DNA of 64,000 nt from an uncultured Caulobacteraceae bacterium (GCA_964474575.1 CAYYTA010000104.1:1869-65868), one strand, 5' to 3'. Positions 46,721-56,856 are shown, counted from the first letter of the stretch. Made by a program: numbers and translations. The notes: generated by a model not told the origin, from the sequence alone.

Positions 46721-48703
46721 ATGAGAATCCTCGGTCTTGTCACCGTCCTGGCGGCGCTGGCCGGCGCGGCCGCCGCCCAGACTCAAGGTCCGGTCTCGAC
46801 CTACAGTCCGCGCGAAACCTTCGCCGAACGCACGCCGGACTACCCGCCCAACAGCTTCCGTTCGTCGAGCGGGCTGCCGGGACCGGACTACTGGCAGAAC
46901 AAGGCCGACTACGTCATCCATGCCAGACTCGACGAAAACGGCCCGACGCTGACCGGCTCGGAAGTCATCACCTATACTAACAACAGCCCTGACCAGCTCG
47001 ACATGCTATGGCTGCAACTGGACCAGAACCGTTACCTGCCCGAAAGCCGTGGCGACCATGCCGGCAGCGGCGCGCCGCCGGGCGGCATGACGACCGGCGA
47101 CAACCTCGATTCCGTCGAGGTGCTGGTCGGCAAGGCGTGGCAGAAGGCCGACACCCTCATTAACGACACCCGCCTGCGCATCACCCTGCCGCATCTGCTT
47201 GCGGCCAAAGGCGGCAAGGTCGAGGTGCGCATCGCCTGGCATTTCACCATTCCCGGCGAGTGGGGCGGGCGCATGTCGTGGGGTCAGGCCAAGGACGGCC
47301 CGATCTACGACCTGGCGCAATGGTATCCGCGCATGCAGGTCTATGACGACGTGCGCGGCTGGGACACCCTGCCCTATCTGGCGCAGGAGTTTTATCTCGA
47401 ATACGGCGATTTCGACTACTATGTCGACGTGCCGGGCGACATGCTGGTCGCCGGCTCGGGCGAGCTGGTCAACGGCAAGGACGTGCTGACGGCGACGCAA
47501 CAGGCCAGGCTGGCCAGGGCGAAGACGAGCGACGCCACCGTCATGATCCGCTCGCCGGCCGAGATCGCCGATCCGGCGTCGCGCCCGAAGGCGACTCGCC
47601 TCACCTGGCACTACCACATGACCGACACCCGCGACGTGGCATTCTCGGCGTCGAAGGCCTTCGCCTGGGACGCCGCCCGCATCAATCTTCCCGGCGGGAA
47701 AACCTCGCTGGCCGAAAGCTTCTACCCGGCCGAAAGCCAGGCGCCGGACGCCTGGGGCCGTTCGACCCAGTACATGAAGGACGCCGTCGAGAACTTCTCG
47801 AAGCGCTGGTACGCCTATCCGTGGCCGGCCGCCATCAATGTCGCCGGCCCGACCGAGGGCATGGAATATCCCGGCATCGTCTTCGATGGCCCCGAAGAAC
47901 GCGGCGCGGTCACCTTCTGGATCGCCGCGCACGAGATCGGCCACAGCTGGTTCCCGATGATTGTCGGCTTCGACGAACGCCGCGACGCGTGGATGGACGA
48001 AGGCTTCAACACCTTCATCGACACCTACGAATCCGACGACTTCAACCACGGCGAATACGGGCCCAAGCGCGATTCCGAATATGCGCCGGGCGGCGGCAAT
48101 CCGGTCGACGAGATCCTGCCGGTCATCGAGGACCCTGACGCGCCGCCGATCCTTTCCCGTGCCGACACCGTGCCCGACAAGTACCGTCACCCCGTGACCT
48201 ATTTCAAATCGGCGCTCGGCCTGCACATCTTGCGCGAGGACATCCTGGGCCCCGACCGCTTCGACCCCGCTTTCCGCCGCTTCATCGCCGCCTGGGCGTT
48301 CAAGCACCCCAAACCCGACGACTTTTTCCGGGCGATGGCGTCGGGCGGCGGCGAGGATTTGGATTATTACTGGCGCGGCTGGTACGATCATAACTGGACG
48401 CTCGACTACGCCGTCGACTCGATCGGTCCGATCCCGGCCAACAAGCGCACCGGCGCGGTCACGCCCGGCACGGCCATCGTCATCGGCAGCCATGACAAGC
48501 TGATCCTGCCGGCTTTGGTGCGCATCGCTTTCGCCGACGGCACGCACCAGGATATCCGCCTCGAAGCCGACAGCTGGATCAAGAGCCCGACCGCCACCGT
48601 TTATGTCGGTCCCGACAAGACGGTTACGGGCGCGGAGGTCGATCCCGACCACCGCCTGCCCGACAAGGACCGTTCCAACAACGCACTTAAGGTTAATCCA
48701 TGA
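46721..48703 (+). CDS. secreted M1-family (gluzincin) metallopeptidase
   Basis: GGAGGG Shine-Dalgarno before ATG 46721 and signal peptide MRILGLVTVLAALAGAAAA. HEIGHSWF...WMDEGFNTF gives HExxH plus E. An upstream ATG at 46685 is also possible. Confidence 0.9.
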   Translation: MRILGLVTVLAALAGAAAAQTQGPVSTYSPRETFAERTPDYPPNSFRSSSGLPGPDYWQNKADYVIHARLDENGPTLTGSEVITYTNNSPDQLDMLWLQLDQNRYLPESRGDHAGSGAPPGGMTTGDNLDSVEVLVGKAWQKADTLINDTRLRITLPHLLAAKGGKVEVRIAWHFTIPGEWGGRMSWGQAKDGPIYDLAQWYPRMQVYDDVRGWDTLPYLAQEFYLEYGDFDYYVDVPGDMLVAGSGELVNGKDVLTATQQARLARAKTSDATVMIRSPAEIADPASRPKATRLTWHYHMTDTRDVAFSASKAFAWDAARINLPGGKTSLAESFYPAESQAPDAWGRSTQYMKDAVENFSKRWYAYPWPAAINVAGPTEGMEYPGIVFDGPEERGAVTFWIAAHEIGHSWFPMIVGFDERRDAWMDEGFNTFIDTYESDDFNHGEYGPKRDSEYAPGGGNPVDEILPVIEDPDAPPILSRADTVPDKYRHPVTYFKSALGLHILREDILGPDRFDPAFRRFIAAWAFKHPKPDDFFRAMASGGGEDLDYYWRGWYDHNWTLDYAVDSIGPIPANKRTGAVTPGTAIVIGSHDKLILPALVRIAFADGTHQDIRLEADSWIKSPTATVYVGPDKTVTGAEVDPDHRLPDKDRSNNALKVNP

Positions 48704-49041
48704 CGCGCCTGGTCCTGACTGCCGCCGTTTTGGCGCTATCAACAACCGCTGCCCATGCCGCCAGCTTCAACTGCGCCAAGGCCAGGACCTCCGACGAAAA
48801 GGCGATCTGCGCCTCGCGCACCCTTGGCGAGGCGGACGTCAAGATGGCGACCCTATTCGATGTCGATACACATCTGGTGGCCATGGGGCAGCGCGGCGAT
48901 ATCCAGGATGCCCAGAGCGCATGGCTGAAGAGCCGTCACGCCTGCGGCAGGTCCTTTCCCTGCCTCAAGGCATCCTACAACAAGCGCATCAGCGAATTGC
49001 AGGCGATCTTCAACGACATCGCCTCGCGCGGGCCATATTAA
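48700..49041 (+). CDS. DUF1311/LprI-like secreted protein
   Basis: Signal peptide, then FNCAKARTSDEKAICASRTLGEADVKM... and ...QSAWLKSRHACG, typical of the lysozyme-inhibitor LprI-like family. Confidence 0.7.
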   Translation: MTRLVLTAAVLALSTTAAHAASFNCAKARTSDEKAICASRTLGEADVKMATLFDVDTHLVAMGQRGDIQDAQSAWLKSRHACGRSFPCLKASYNKRISELQAIFNDIASRGPY

Positions 49042-50297
49042 TGGCTAAGCACCGGCGCGGTGCGGCCCGGACCGACGCCGTCGGGCACCGGCACGCCTGA
49101 GCCGACATAGCCGGAATTGATGACCAGAACCGGGTTATGGTCGAGCTTCAGCGATGACGCCACGATGATGCTCCACGCCGAGTCCTGCGCCACATTGCCC
49201 GCGGTGTCGACATCCAGTTGGGCGCTGGGAATGTAGATGGTGCCAAGCAGCTTGGACACGTTGTCGGAGGCAATGGTGAACGTCTGGGTGTTCTTGCGCG
49301 AGGTGGCGATCAGGAAGCCGGCGAACGGCCCGGACTTGCGCGCGCCCAGCCGGACCGTCGCCTTGTCGGCGAAGTTGATCTTCTTGGTCGAACCGAAGAT
49401 CAGCACGACATCGTCGCCCTGGATCACGGCATTGTCGTGGGCGTCGAGATCATCCATGAAGTAATGGTCGCCGGGCAGGAGGTTGAGTGTCGCATTGGTG
49501 TCGATGTCGTAGTGCTCGCAGTGCACGCCGGGCGGCAGCGAGATGGTCGTGCCTTTCTCCAGCTTGTAGACCTCGGCCTTGCCGGCGCAGTCGGACGGCG
49601 GATTGAGATCCATGCCGGCGAAAGGGTCGTCGAGGGACATGGCGCCGGCATTGCCCGCCGGACTGACCGGCCCCTTGATGGCGCCGACAGCCTGGGTGAG
49701 GGTGGCCTGTATCATGGCGCCGGCGTCGACCGTGATGTCGCTGTTGGCGTGGACGGCGCAGCCGGTGGCGCGGATGCGCGCCTGGGCTTTCAGTTGAATG
49801 TCACCGCTGCCGGTCTGCAACACGCACAGCGGCACCGAGGCCAGGGTTTCGGCCGTGGCGCGGGCGGTGAGCATGTTGTCGCTCATCAGCCCGAGCAGGG
49901 CATGGTGGTCCGAGGTGGCGGCGAGTGTCAGACTGCTCGCGTCGCTGGAGACGCTGAAGGTCACGCTCGAACTGACGTGAGCGGCGCTCAAAACGCGCTG
50001 GGCGGTTTCGGTGGCGACATCGGCGGCGTTGTTCGCCGTGCCTGAACCGCCCGCCACGGTCATCCGCGCCGCTCCGGCCAGTGCGCCGGCGTCGACCGCA
50101 TCCTGAAGCGCCGAGCGTTCGCTGACCTGACAACCGTATTCGACGGCGCCACCAATCGCCAGCAACAGGGGAAACGCACACAGGGCCGTCGTCATCACGA
50201 CGTTACCACCGGTATCCTTTATGAACCGGTTCAGGTGGTAACATACGCCCTCAAGCACTTGAAATATCTCCCTTTTTGTCGAAAGAATGCGCGCCAA
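49038..50297 (-). CDS. TadE/TadG-like (Flp pilus assembly-type N-terminus) secreted protein
   Basis: N-terminus RFIKDTGGNVVMTTALCAFPLLLAIGGAVEYG is typical of the TadE/TadG family. The C-terminal part is Gly/Ala/Asp-rich. No other tad/cpa genes lie nearby. Confidence 0.65.
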   Translation of the reverse strand: MARILSTKREIFQVLEGVCYHLNRFIKDTGGNVVMTTALCAFPLLLAIGGAVEYGCQVSERSALQDAVDAGALAGAARMTVAGGSGTANNAADVATETAQRVLSAAHVSSSVTFSVSSDASSLTLAATSDHHALLGLMSDNMLTARATAETLASVPLCVLQTGSGDIQLKAQARIRATGCAVHANSDITVDAGAMIQATLTQAVGAIKGPVSPAGNAGAMSLDDPFAGMDLNPPSDCAGKAEVYKLEKGTTISLPPGVHCEHYDIDTNATLNLLPGDHYFMDDLDAHDNAVIQGDDVVLIFGSTKKINFADKATVRLGARKSGPFAGFLIATSRKNTQTFTIASDNVSKLLGTIYIPSAQLDVDTAGNVAQDSAWSIIVASSLKLDHNPVLVINSGYVGSGVPVPDGVGPGRTAPVLSH

Positions 50298-50407
50298 ACC
50301 CTAATATAAGCTTGATAGAGCAGCTGTCTTTATTTTTGCCGGCACGCTTCCACATGAGTTTTTTATTTTTTGCCGACAGGGTCTTTGAACGAGTAGGCGG
50401 CGTCGCC

Positions 50408-50881
50408 TTAACGAAATGAAATGGCGCCCAGCCAATAGCGGTTGTCGCTGTCGCCGTTGGCGAGCGGGAGGGCCATGGTTCGCTGCGAAGCCGGATCAGC
50501 CACCTGAAGGTAAAGATCATAGTTGCCGCCGCCCATACCGACGGGCAGGCTGTAACAGTTGTCGTCGGTGATGGACGCGCCGGCCGAAACCGACGGCAGG
50601 TTCTTCTCGGAACGCGCCGGCAGGGACGTCATCGCATCGGCGGACCTTATCCACAAATGCGTGCGCCACATGCCGTCCACCGGCGCGGAACCAGGATTGC
50701 GCCAGTCGATGGACACAGCCAAGGGACATTCATCGAAGCTTCGCACGCGCACGGCGGAAGGCTGAACAAAGTCACCCGCCGGCGAGGCGGTAGCGGACAG
50801 AGCCAGAGTCGTCCAGCCATCCTGCGCCCGCGCCGGCGCGGCCGTCAGCATCAGGATTGCGATGGCAGGTCCAAACCGCAT
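50408..50881 (-). CDS. secreted hypothetical protein (157 aa)
   Basis: Signal peptide MRFGPAIAILMLTAAPARA. No family was recognised. Confidence 0.55.
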   Translation of the reverse strand: MRFGPAIAILMLTAAPARAQDGWTTLALSATASPAGDFVQPSAVRVRSFDECPLAVSIDWRNPGSAPVDGMWRTHLWIRSADAMTSLPARSEKNLPSVSAGASITDDNCYSLPVGMGGGNYDLYLQVADPASQRTMALPLANGDSDNRYWLGAISFR

Positions 50882-50983
50882 GACGGCCCCTTGATCCGGG
50901 CAAGTGTACCTCGACCACGCTTCAGGCCCAAACAAAAAAGCCGCCGGGTCGTTCCGGCGGCTTTTCAGGATGTTGTTGGAAAA

Positions 50984-51586
50984 TCACGCCTGGGTGTCGA
51001 CGCGGTCGCCGGTGTCGGCGCTGTCGTCGTGGTCGTAGCCGTTCTTGGCCTGGGGCGCGCCGGCCGTCTTGGCCGCCACCGCCACCATGGCCGGGCGGAT
51101 GACGCGGCCGAACAGCTCATAGCCCGCCTGCATCACCATGATCACGCCGCCGCCCTCGACCTCGGTCGACGGTTGCTCCATCACCGCCTGGTGCAGGTGC
51201 GGATCGAATTTATCACCCTTGAGCGGCGCGATCTTCTTGACGCCGTTCTTCTCGAAGGCGCCGGCCAGTTCCTTTTCGGTCATGTCGATGCCGGCGACGA
51301 AGTTCCTGAATGCCGGGTCGGCGATGTCGGCCGGGGTCGACGACAGGGCGCGCGTCAGCACGTCGGCGACGCCGAGCAGGTCGCGGGCGAAGCGCTGGAT
51401 GGCGAAGGCGCGGGCGTCGTTGCCCTCGCGCTCGGCGCGGCGCTTGATGTTCTCGGCCTCGGCGGCGTAACGCATCGCCTGGTCCTTGAGCGCCGTGTTT
51501 TCCTCCTTCAGGCGCTCAAGCTCGGCGTTGAGAAGCGCCGTGGCGTCGCCTTCGAGGTCGTCCGGCAGGTCGTTGTCGTCACTCAT
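50984..51586 (-). CDS. grpE: nucleotide exchange factor GrpE
   Basis: Coiled-coil N-terminus (LERLKEENTALKDQAMRYAAEAENIKRRAERE) plus C-terminal ...FDPHLHQAV....GYELFGRVIRPAMV. Confidence 0.95.
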   Translation of the reverse strand: MSDDNDLPDDLEGDATALLNAELERLKEENTALKDQAMRYAAEAENIKRRAEREGNDARAFAIQRFARDLLGVADVLTRALSSTPADIADPAFRNFVAGIDMTEKELAGAFEKNGVKKIAPLKGDKFDPHLHQAVMEQPSTEVEGGGVIMVMQAGYELFGRVIRPAMVAVAAKTAGAPQAKNGYDHDDSADTGDRVDTQA

Positions 51587-51615
51587 CTCAAAAAAGTCCT
51601 TGTTATTACGGCCGC

Positions 51616-52710
51616 CTATTCAAGCAAGCGGCCGAGAATCCTGGCGGTGTAGTCCACAAGTGGGATGATGCGGGCGTAATTCAACCTCGCCGGACCGATC
51701 ACACCGATGGCGCCCACCACCTTAGGCCCGCCGCCCTTGGGCTGCGGCGCCATGTAGGGCGCTGCAATAACAGCCGAGCCCGACAAAGAAAACAGTTTCG
51801 ATTCCGCGCCGATGAAAATTCTTACACCCTGGGCGTCGCCGACGTCTTCGAGCAGGTCGATCAGCTCTTCCTTCTGCTCCAGATCCTCGAACAGGGCGCG
51901 CACGCGTTCCAGGTCGTCCAGGGCCGAGGCTTCGAGCAGCTTGGCCTGGCCGCGCACGATCAGGGCGCGCCGTCCCGCGTCGCCGCCCGACCACGCCGCC
52001 AGTCCGCAGGCGATCAGCGTGGCGGCGGCTTCGTCGAGCTTCTGCCGCTCCTGCGCCAATTCGTCCGCCAGTTCGCTCCGCGCTTCACTGAGGGTACGGC
52101 CCTTGAGGCGCGCATTGAGGTAGCTCGTCGCCTGAGTCAGGGTCGCCGGCGTCATGCCGGGCGTCAGGGCCATCAGCCGGTTTTCCACCCGCCCGTCGCC
52201 GAACACCAGCACGGCAAGGGCCTGATCCTGGGACAGGGCGATGAACTCGACGTGCTTGACCCCCGCCTCGAACGACGGCGTCATGACCACGCCGGCGCCG
52301 CCGGCCAGGCCCGACAGCAGGTTGGAGGCTTCGCGCAGGGCGGCGTCGAAGCTCATGTCACGGGCAGTCAGGCGCGCCTCGATATCGCGCTTGTCCTCCG
52401 CCGGCAGGTCGCCGATTTCGAGCAGGCCGTCGACGAACAGTCTGAGACCCTGGTGGGTCGGCATGCGCCCGGCCGAGCTGTGCGGCGCGGCCAGCAGGCC
52501 CAGCTCCGACAGATCCTGCATGGTGTTGCGGATCGAGGCCGGCGACAGGTGGTCGCCGCCCTTCGACAATGTGCGCGAGCCGACCGGCTCGCCGGTTTCG
52601 AGGTAGGTCTCGACGACGTGGCGGAAGATGTCGCGCGCCCTTTGATCGAGGTCGGCCAGGGGCGCGGCCGAAGTCATCAGGCCGGACAGGCTGTGCGGGG
52701 GTTTATGCAT
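51616..52710 (-). CDS. hrcA: heat-inducible transcription repressor HrcA
   Basis: Motif [26 protein letters not shown]..., located upstream of grpE. Start is ATG 52710 or 52677. Confidence 0.9.
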   Translation of the reverse strand: MHKPPHSLSGLMTSAAPLADLDQRARDIFRHVVETYLETGEPVGSRTLSKGGDHLSPASIRNTMQDLSELGLLAAPHSSAGRMPTHQGLRLFVDGLLEIGDLPAEDKRDIEARLTARDMSFDAALREASNLLSGLAGGAGVVMTPSFEAGVKHVEFIALSQDQALAVLVFGDGRVENRLMALTPGMTPATLTQATSYLNARLKGRTLSEARSELADELAQERQKLDEAAATLIACGLAAWSGGDAGRRALIVRGQAKLLEASALDDLERVRALFEDLEQKEELIDLLEDVGDAQGVRIFIGAESKLFSLSGSAVIAAPYMAPQPKGGGPKVVGAIGVIGPARLNYARIIPLVDYTARILGRLLE

Positions 52711-52804
52711 CAGGGTAAGTTTAGCAAAGGCCGCCCGCCCGCGCCAAGAGGGACTTTTCACACTGTGGAAATGGGCGTATCCTGTGGCAATTGGAGGAGG
52801 TGTG

Positions 52805-53179
52805 ATGATCCGGGTCCTGCTTGTATTGGCCCTGGCGGCGGCTCCCGCCGTGGCAGGAGATTTTACCTACAAGGCGCCGTCATCACCGGCCCTGACCACG
52901 GCCCTGCAGGCGCCGAAGCCGGCCGCGCCTGCGAACTATGCCGATATCCCGGCCCAGGCCGACAACGGCAATGTGCCGCCGACGCTTATTCCTGGCGCAG
53001 CGCGTCCGGCCGGACCCAACCGCTATGTCACAGAGACCTACGGCACGCGCAACGGCCAGAACTGCGGCCAGCCCGACTGCGGCAATGTGCTCGAAGAGCG
53101 TAACGACGACGGCCTGACGGCCTACGGCCAGCAAACCTACCGCAAATATCACGGTGGCAACGGTTATCACCATCATTAA
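52805..53179 (+). CDS. small secreted Pro/Gly-rich protein ending in HHH (124 aa)
   Basis: GGAGGAGG Shine-Dalgarno and signal peptide [18 protein letters not shown]. No family was recognised. Confidence 0.55.
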   Translation: MIRVLLVLALAAAPAVAGDFTYKAPSSPALTTALQAPKPAAPANYADIPAQADNGNVPPTLIPGAARPAGPNRYVTETYGTRNGQNCGQPDCGNVLEERNDDGLTAYGQQTYRKYHGGNGYHHH

Positions 53180-53249
53180 GCGCGGATCAGGGCTTGCCCC
53201 GCGACGGACATCGGCTTAGGCAGAGGCGCAAATTCGCCGAGGCCAACCC

Positions 53250-54002
53250 ATGTCGCAATTCGAAGCCCTGTCCGCTCTGAAAACCATCCGTCCGTCGGGC
53301 CGCCGCCCGGACCAACTGCGCGAGGTGGCGCTGGAGACCGGCGTGACGCGGTATGCCGAGGGTTCGTGTCTGGTCACCTTCGGCCATACCAGGGTTTTGG
53401 TCACTGCCTCGGTCGAACAGGGCGTGCCGGGCTTCCTCAAAGGCAAGGGCCAGGGCTGGGTAACGGCGGAATATGGCATGCTGCCGCGCGCCACCCATAC
53501 CCGCGGCCGCCGCGAGGCCGCCGCCGGCAAGCAGTCCGGCCGGACGCAGGAAATCCAGCGCCTGATCGGCCGTTCGATGCGCGCCATCATCGACCTGAAA
53601 GCCCTGGGCGAACGCCAGATCACGCTCGACTGCGACGTTCTGCAGGCCGATGGCGGCACACGCACCGCCTCGATCACCGGCGCCTGGGTCGCCCTGGCCC
53701 AGGCCTGCGACAAGCTGGTCGCGGACAGGCTGATCGAGGAATCGCCGATCCTCGACCAGGTGGCGGCGATCTCATGCGGCGTGTTCGCCGACACGCCGGT
53801 GCTCGACCTCGACTATGACGAGGACTCAAACGCCGAAACCGATGCCAATTTCGTCATCACGGGTTCAGGCCATTCGGTCGAGATTCAGGCGACCGGCGAG
53901 AAGCGCGGCTTTTCGCGCGACGAATTCAACGCCTTGTTCGACCTGGCCCACGCCGGCTGCAAGACGTTGTTTGACCTGCAGAAAAAGGCGCTCGGCCGCT
54001 AG
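53250..54002 (+). CDS. rph: ribonuclease PH
   Basis: [13 protein letters not shown]....GSCLV.FG.T.VL..A and ...[14 protein letters not shown]... [19 protein letters not shown]. Confidence 0.95.
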   Translation: MSQFEALSALKTIRPSGRRPDQLREVALETGVTRYAEGSCLVTFGHTRVLVTASVEQGVPGFLKGKGQGWVTAEYGMLPRATHTRGRREAAAGKQSGRTQEIQRLIGRSMRAIIDLKALGERQITLDCDVLQADGGTRTASITGAWVALAQACDKLVADRLIEESPILDQVAAISCGVFADTPVLDLDYDEDSNAETDANFVITGSGHSVEIQATGEKRGFSRDEFNALFDLAHAGCKTLFDLQKKALGR

Positions 54003-54205
54003 TCTTCGGCGGTCTCAAGCAGGTCGCCCGGTTCGCAGTTGAGCGCCCTGCACAGGGCCTCCAGCGTCTTGAAACGCATGGCCATGGCCTTCTGGTCGCG
54101 CAAGGTTTCCAGGTCGCGCACGGCGATGCCGGTGCGGTCGGAAAGCTCGACGATCGACAACCGCCGCCGCGCCAGGGCTTCGGCCAGCTTCACGCGGATC
54201 GTCAT
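53999..54205 (-). CDS. small XRE/YozG-type HTH transcriptional regulator (68 aa)
   Basis: [50 protein letters not shown]. Overlaps the upstream DUF2975-like gene by 4 nt. Confidence 0.85.
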   Translation of the reverse strand: MTIRVKLAEALARRRLSIVELSDRTGIAVRDLETLRDQKAMAMRFKTLEALCRALNCEPGDLLETAED

Positions 54206-54723
54206 ATGGTCAGGTCCGCTTCATGGCGCAGGCGCGCGCCTTCCTTGAACACCTCGGCCAGGACGAAGACCACCATGACCGAGAACCATGTCGTCACGGC
54301 GCGCAGGCCGTAGGCGGGTTCGAAGCGGAGGTGGAACACGCCTTCCGCGAAGGCGCGCGCCAGGTAGCCGAAGATTTCCAGGGCCGCCAGGCCGAAGCCG
54401 ATCCAGCGCAGCCGGCGCGTATTGTCCGGGTGGAAAACGTCGCCTTCGGCCAGGGTATGGAACACCTGGCGCGTCCAGTGCATGATCAGCAGATAGCCGG
54501 ACAGCGATACGCCGAAGGCCAGGAAGATCAGGGCCTGCGACCCGGCGCCGAGATTGGTGCTGATGTTCATCCGCTGCACCACCTGGGCGGCCAGGTTGGG
54601 CACCGACAGCAGGGCCACCGCCGCCAGCACGGCGCAGAAGACGAGGCTGAACAGCCCGTAATAGACCACGTCGAGCGCGGTCTTCAGTAGGCTCGAAATC
54701 GAGCGCGGCCCCAGGAAGCGCAT
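54202..54723 (-). CDS. four-TM membrane protein, DUF2975-like
   Basis: 173 aa with four hydrophobic helices. Being paired with and translationally coupled to a YozG-type HTH is the typical DUF2975 arrangement. Confidence 0.65.
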   Translation of the reverse strand: MRFLGPRSISSLLKTALDVVYYGLFSLVFCAVLAAVALLSVPNLAAQVVQRMNISTNLGAGSQALIFLAFGVSLSGYLLIMHWTRQVFHTLAEGDVFHPDNTRRLRWIGFGLAALEIFGYLARAFAEGVFHLRFEPAYGLRAVTTWFSVMVVFVLAEVFKEGARLRHEADLTI

Positions 54724-54793
54724 GAGAGTTCCTCTGAATCAACACGTGTTTTTCTCACACTGGCGACTGTATTGCCAGTGAGGACTTTGTAAT

Positions 54794-55064
54794 CTAGGGT
54801 CCGAACTCCATTAGGGTTTTGCCGTGATGTGAGAGCAAATTGTCCAGGGCCAGGAGCCAATCCGCTGGAAGAGTGACCTCTTTCAAGGATTTGCGACGCC
54901 GCCATGGACGATTTATGCCACACCCCGAAGGGCGCCGCGAATTTGCCGGCTGAGGGCGTCAAAAGCGTCCTTAGAATGGTCGGCACTCCGGCGGACCCTT
55001 CTCCTGCTCAGACGGCAAATTCCTTGGCGTCACGGCGGAAACCTAATGAAGTTCGGACCCTAAG
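54794..55064. mobile_element. MITE-like element (about 270 bp) with 21-bp (extendable to ~40-bp imperfect) terminal inverted repeats
   Basis: 54795-54815 TAGGGTCCGAACTCCATTAGG versus the reverse complement of 55042-55062, TAGGGTCCGAACTTCATTAGG (20/21). GGGTCC...GGACCC is flanked by TA on both sides. The right end lies 8 nt from the rdgB ATG. Confidence 0.6.
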
Positions 55065-55072
55065 CCCGCGCC

Positions 55073-55687
55073 ATGCCCCTTTCTCTGATCCCCGGCCAGA
55101 AACTGATCGCCGCCACGCATAATCCTGGCAAGGCGGTCGAAATCTCTGCCCTGATGGACGGGCGATTCGACATCGTCACCGCCGGATCGCTCGGCCTGCC
55201 CGAGCCCGACGAGACCGAGGTCAGCTTCATCGGCAACGCCATACTGAAGGCGCGCCATGCCGCCAACCGTGCCGGCATGCTTGCCCTGGCCGACGATTCG
55301 GGCCTGAGCATCGATGCGCTCGGCGGCGATCCCGGCGTGATGAGCGCGCGCTGGGCCGGGCCGCACAAGGATTTTGACCGGGCCATGGAGGTCATCGAGC
55401 ACAAGCTGCGCATCGCCCGCGAGCAACTGGGCGATGCCTTCACGCTCAAGGCGCATTTCACCTGCGCCCTGGCCGTGGCGTGGCCACAAGGCGGGTCGGC
55501 GGTGTTCGAAGGCCGCATCGACGGTGAGATCGTTTTCCCCCGGCGCGGAGACAAAGGCTTCGGTTACGACCCGATTTTCCGACCTGGCGGATACGATATC
55601 ACCTTTGCCGAGATGGATCCCTCTGCTAAGGACGCCATCAGCCACCGCCATCTCGCCTTCGAACAGCTGAAGGCGGCGCTGTTTTGA
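55073..55687 (+). CDS. rdgB: non-canonical purine NTP pyrophosphatase (RdgB/HAM1)
   Basis: Motifs LIAATHNPGK..E, ..F..NA..KA, DDSGL and GFGYDPIF...SHR. Confidence 0.95.
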   Translation: MPLSLIPGQKLIAATHNPGKAVEISALMDGRFDIVTAGSLGLPEPDETEVSFIGNAILKARHAANRAGMLALADDSGLSIDALGGDPGVMSARWAGPHKDFDRAMEVIEHKLRIAREQLGDAFTLKAHFTCALAVAWPQGGSAVFEGRIDGEIVFPRRGDKGFGYDPIFRPGGYDITFAEMDPSAKDAISHRHLAFEQLKAALF

Positions 55688-56853
55688 CCGCGCTTAAGCA
55701 GCCAAGCGGTAAAGCAAAGCAAAATTCGCCTGTAAGCCTCTACGTCCATTGGCCGTACTGCGCGCGTATCTGCCCTTATTGCGATTTCAATGTGGTCCGG
55801 GATCGCGGTCAGGCCGGCCAGCGCCACCTGTTCGAGGCCATTGTCCGTGACCTGAACAACCAGGCGGCAATGATCGGTCCGCGCCATTTGGTCAGCATCT
55901 TCTTCGGTGGCGGAACGCCCTCCCTGTTACCGCCGGAATGGCTGGCGGAACTTGTCGCGGTGGCGAAGCGACTGTTTGCTCCGGATACGGAAACCTTTGA
56001 AATTACGCTTGAAGCCAATCCGACTGATGCCGAAATTGCCCGTTTCGAGAGCTTCCGTTCCGCCGGCGTTAACCGCCTGTCACTCGGTGTGCAGGCGTTG
56101 GATGATACCGCCTTGAAATTCCTTGGCCGCAACCACTCGGCGGAAGAAGCCATTCGCGGCATCGAAACGGCACGACGCGCGTTCGATCGCGTCTCGCTCG
56201 ACCTGATCTATGCCCGGCCTGGCCAGACACCCGATCAGTGGCGCGACGAACTCACCCGCGCCGTCGCCTTGGGCGCCGAACATATCTCGCCCTACCAGCT
56301 GACGATCGAGGCCGCGACCGCTTTCGGCCGCGCGGTCAGGCGTGGGGCATGGTCGCCGCCGGACGAAGACACGGCCGCGGTGCTTTATGCCGCCACCCAG
56401 GAAGTGCTCGATGATTTCGGCTTCGAAGCCTACGAAGTCTCCAATCATGCACAAGGTGAGAAGGCATTTTCCACACACAACATATCCGTTTGGCGGGGAA
56501 ACGAATACATTGGCATCGGTCCGGGCGCCCATGGACGATTGATAATCGATGGCGCCCGCCATGCCTCAACCGCCATCGGCGACCTCAAGGCCTATACGGC
56601 CCGCGTGGCCGGAACGGGCATCGGACATGAAATCAAGACATTGTCTCCGCTGGAAGCCGAGGAAGAAGCCGTCATGCTGGCCTTGCGCATGGCCGAAGGC
56701 GTGGCGTTTGGCCGCTTCGACATCCTTGATCTCCGCGACAAGTCCGCGCCCCTGATCGAGGGCGGTTTCATGGAGGCCTCGGCCACACATCTGCGCGCCA
56801 CGCCGAAAGGCCGTATCGTGCTGGACCGGTTGCTCATGGAACTGCTAACCTAA
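55684..56853 (+). CDS. hemW: radical SAM heme chaperone HemW (HemN-like)
   Basis: LYVHWPYCARICPYCDFN gives CxxxCxxC. 389 aa. The start (TTG 55684) overlaps the rdgB stop and is uncertain. Confidence 0.9.
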   Translation: MTALKQPSGKAKQNSPVSLYVHWPYCARICPYCDFNVVRDRGQAGQRHLFEAIVRDLNNQAAMIGPRHLVSIFFGGGTPSLLPPEWLAELVAVAKRLFAPDTETFEITLEANPTDAEIARFESFRSAGVNRLSLGVQALDDTALKFLGRNHSAEEAIRGIETARRAFDRVSLDLIYARPGQTPDQWRDELTRAVALGAEHISPYQLTIEAATAFGRAVRRGAWSPPDEDTAAVLYAATQEVLDDFGFEAYEVSNHAQGEKAFSTHNISVWRGNEYIGIGPGAHGRLIIDGARHASTAIGDLKAYTARVAGTGIGHEIKTLSPLEAEEEAVMLALRMAEGVAFGRFDILDLRDKSAPLIEGGFMEASATHLRATPKGRIVLDRLLMELLT

Positions 56854-56856
56854 GTC

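Noticed and set aside
47006-48745. 579-aa minus-strand ORF opposite the M1 peptidase, plus similar large antisense ORFs at 12569..13822, 45314..46588, 41387..42469 and 56845..59200
   Set aside because: All lie opposite genes with unambiguous family motifs and show the typical R/G/A/D-rich low-information composition.
52711-52800. CIRCE operator (TTAGCACTC-N9-GAGTGCTAA) upstream of hrcA-grpE
   Set aside because: Only a TTAGCAAAG fragment is present, with no matching inverted half-site. In Caulobacter-type organisms CIRCE is associated with groESL rather than hrcA.
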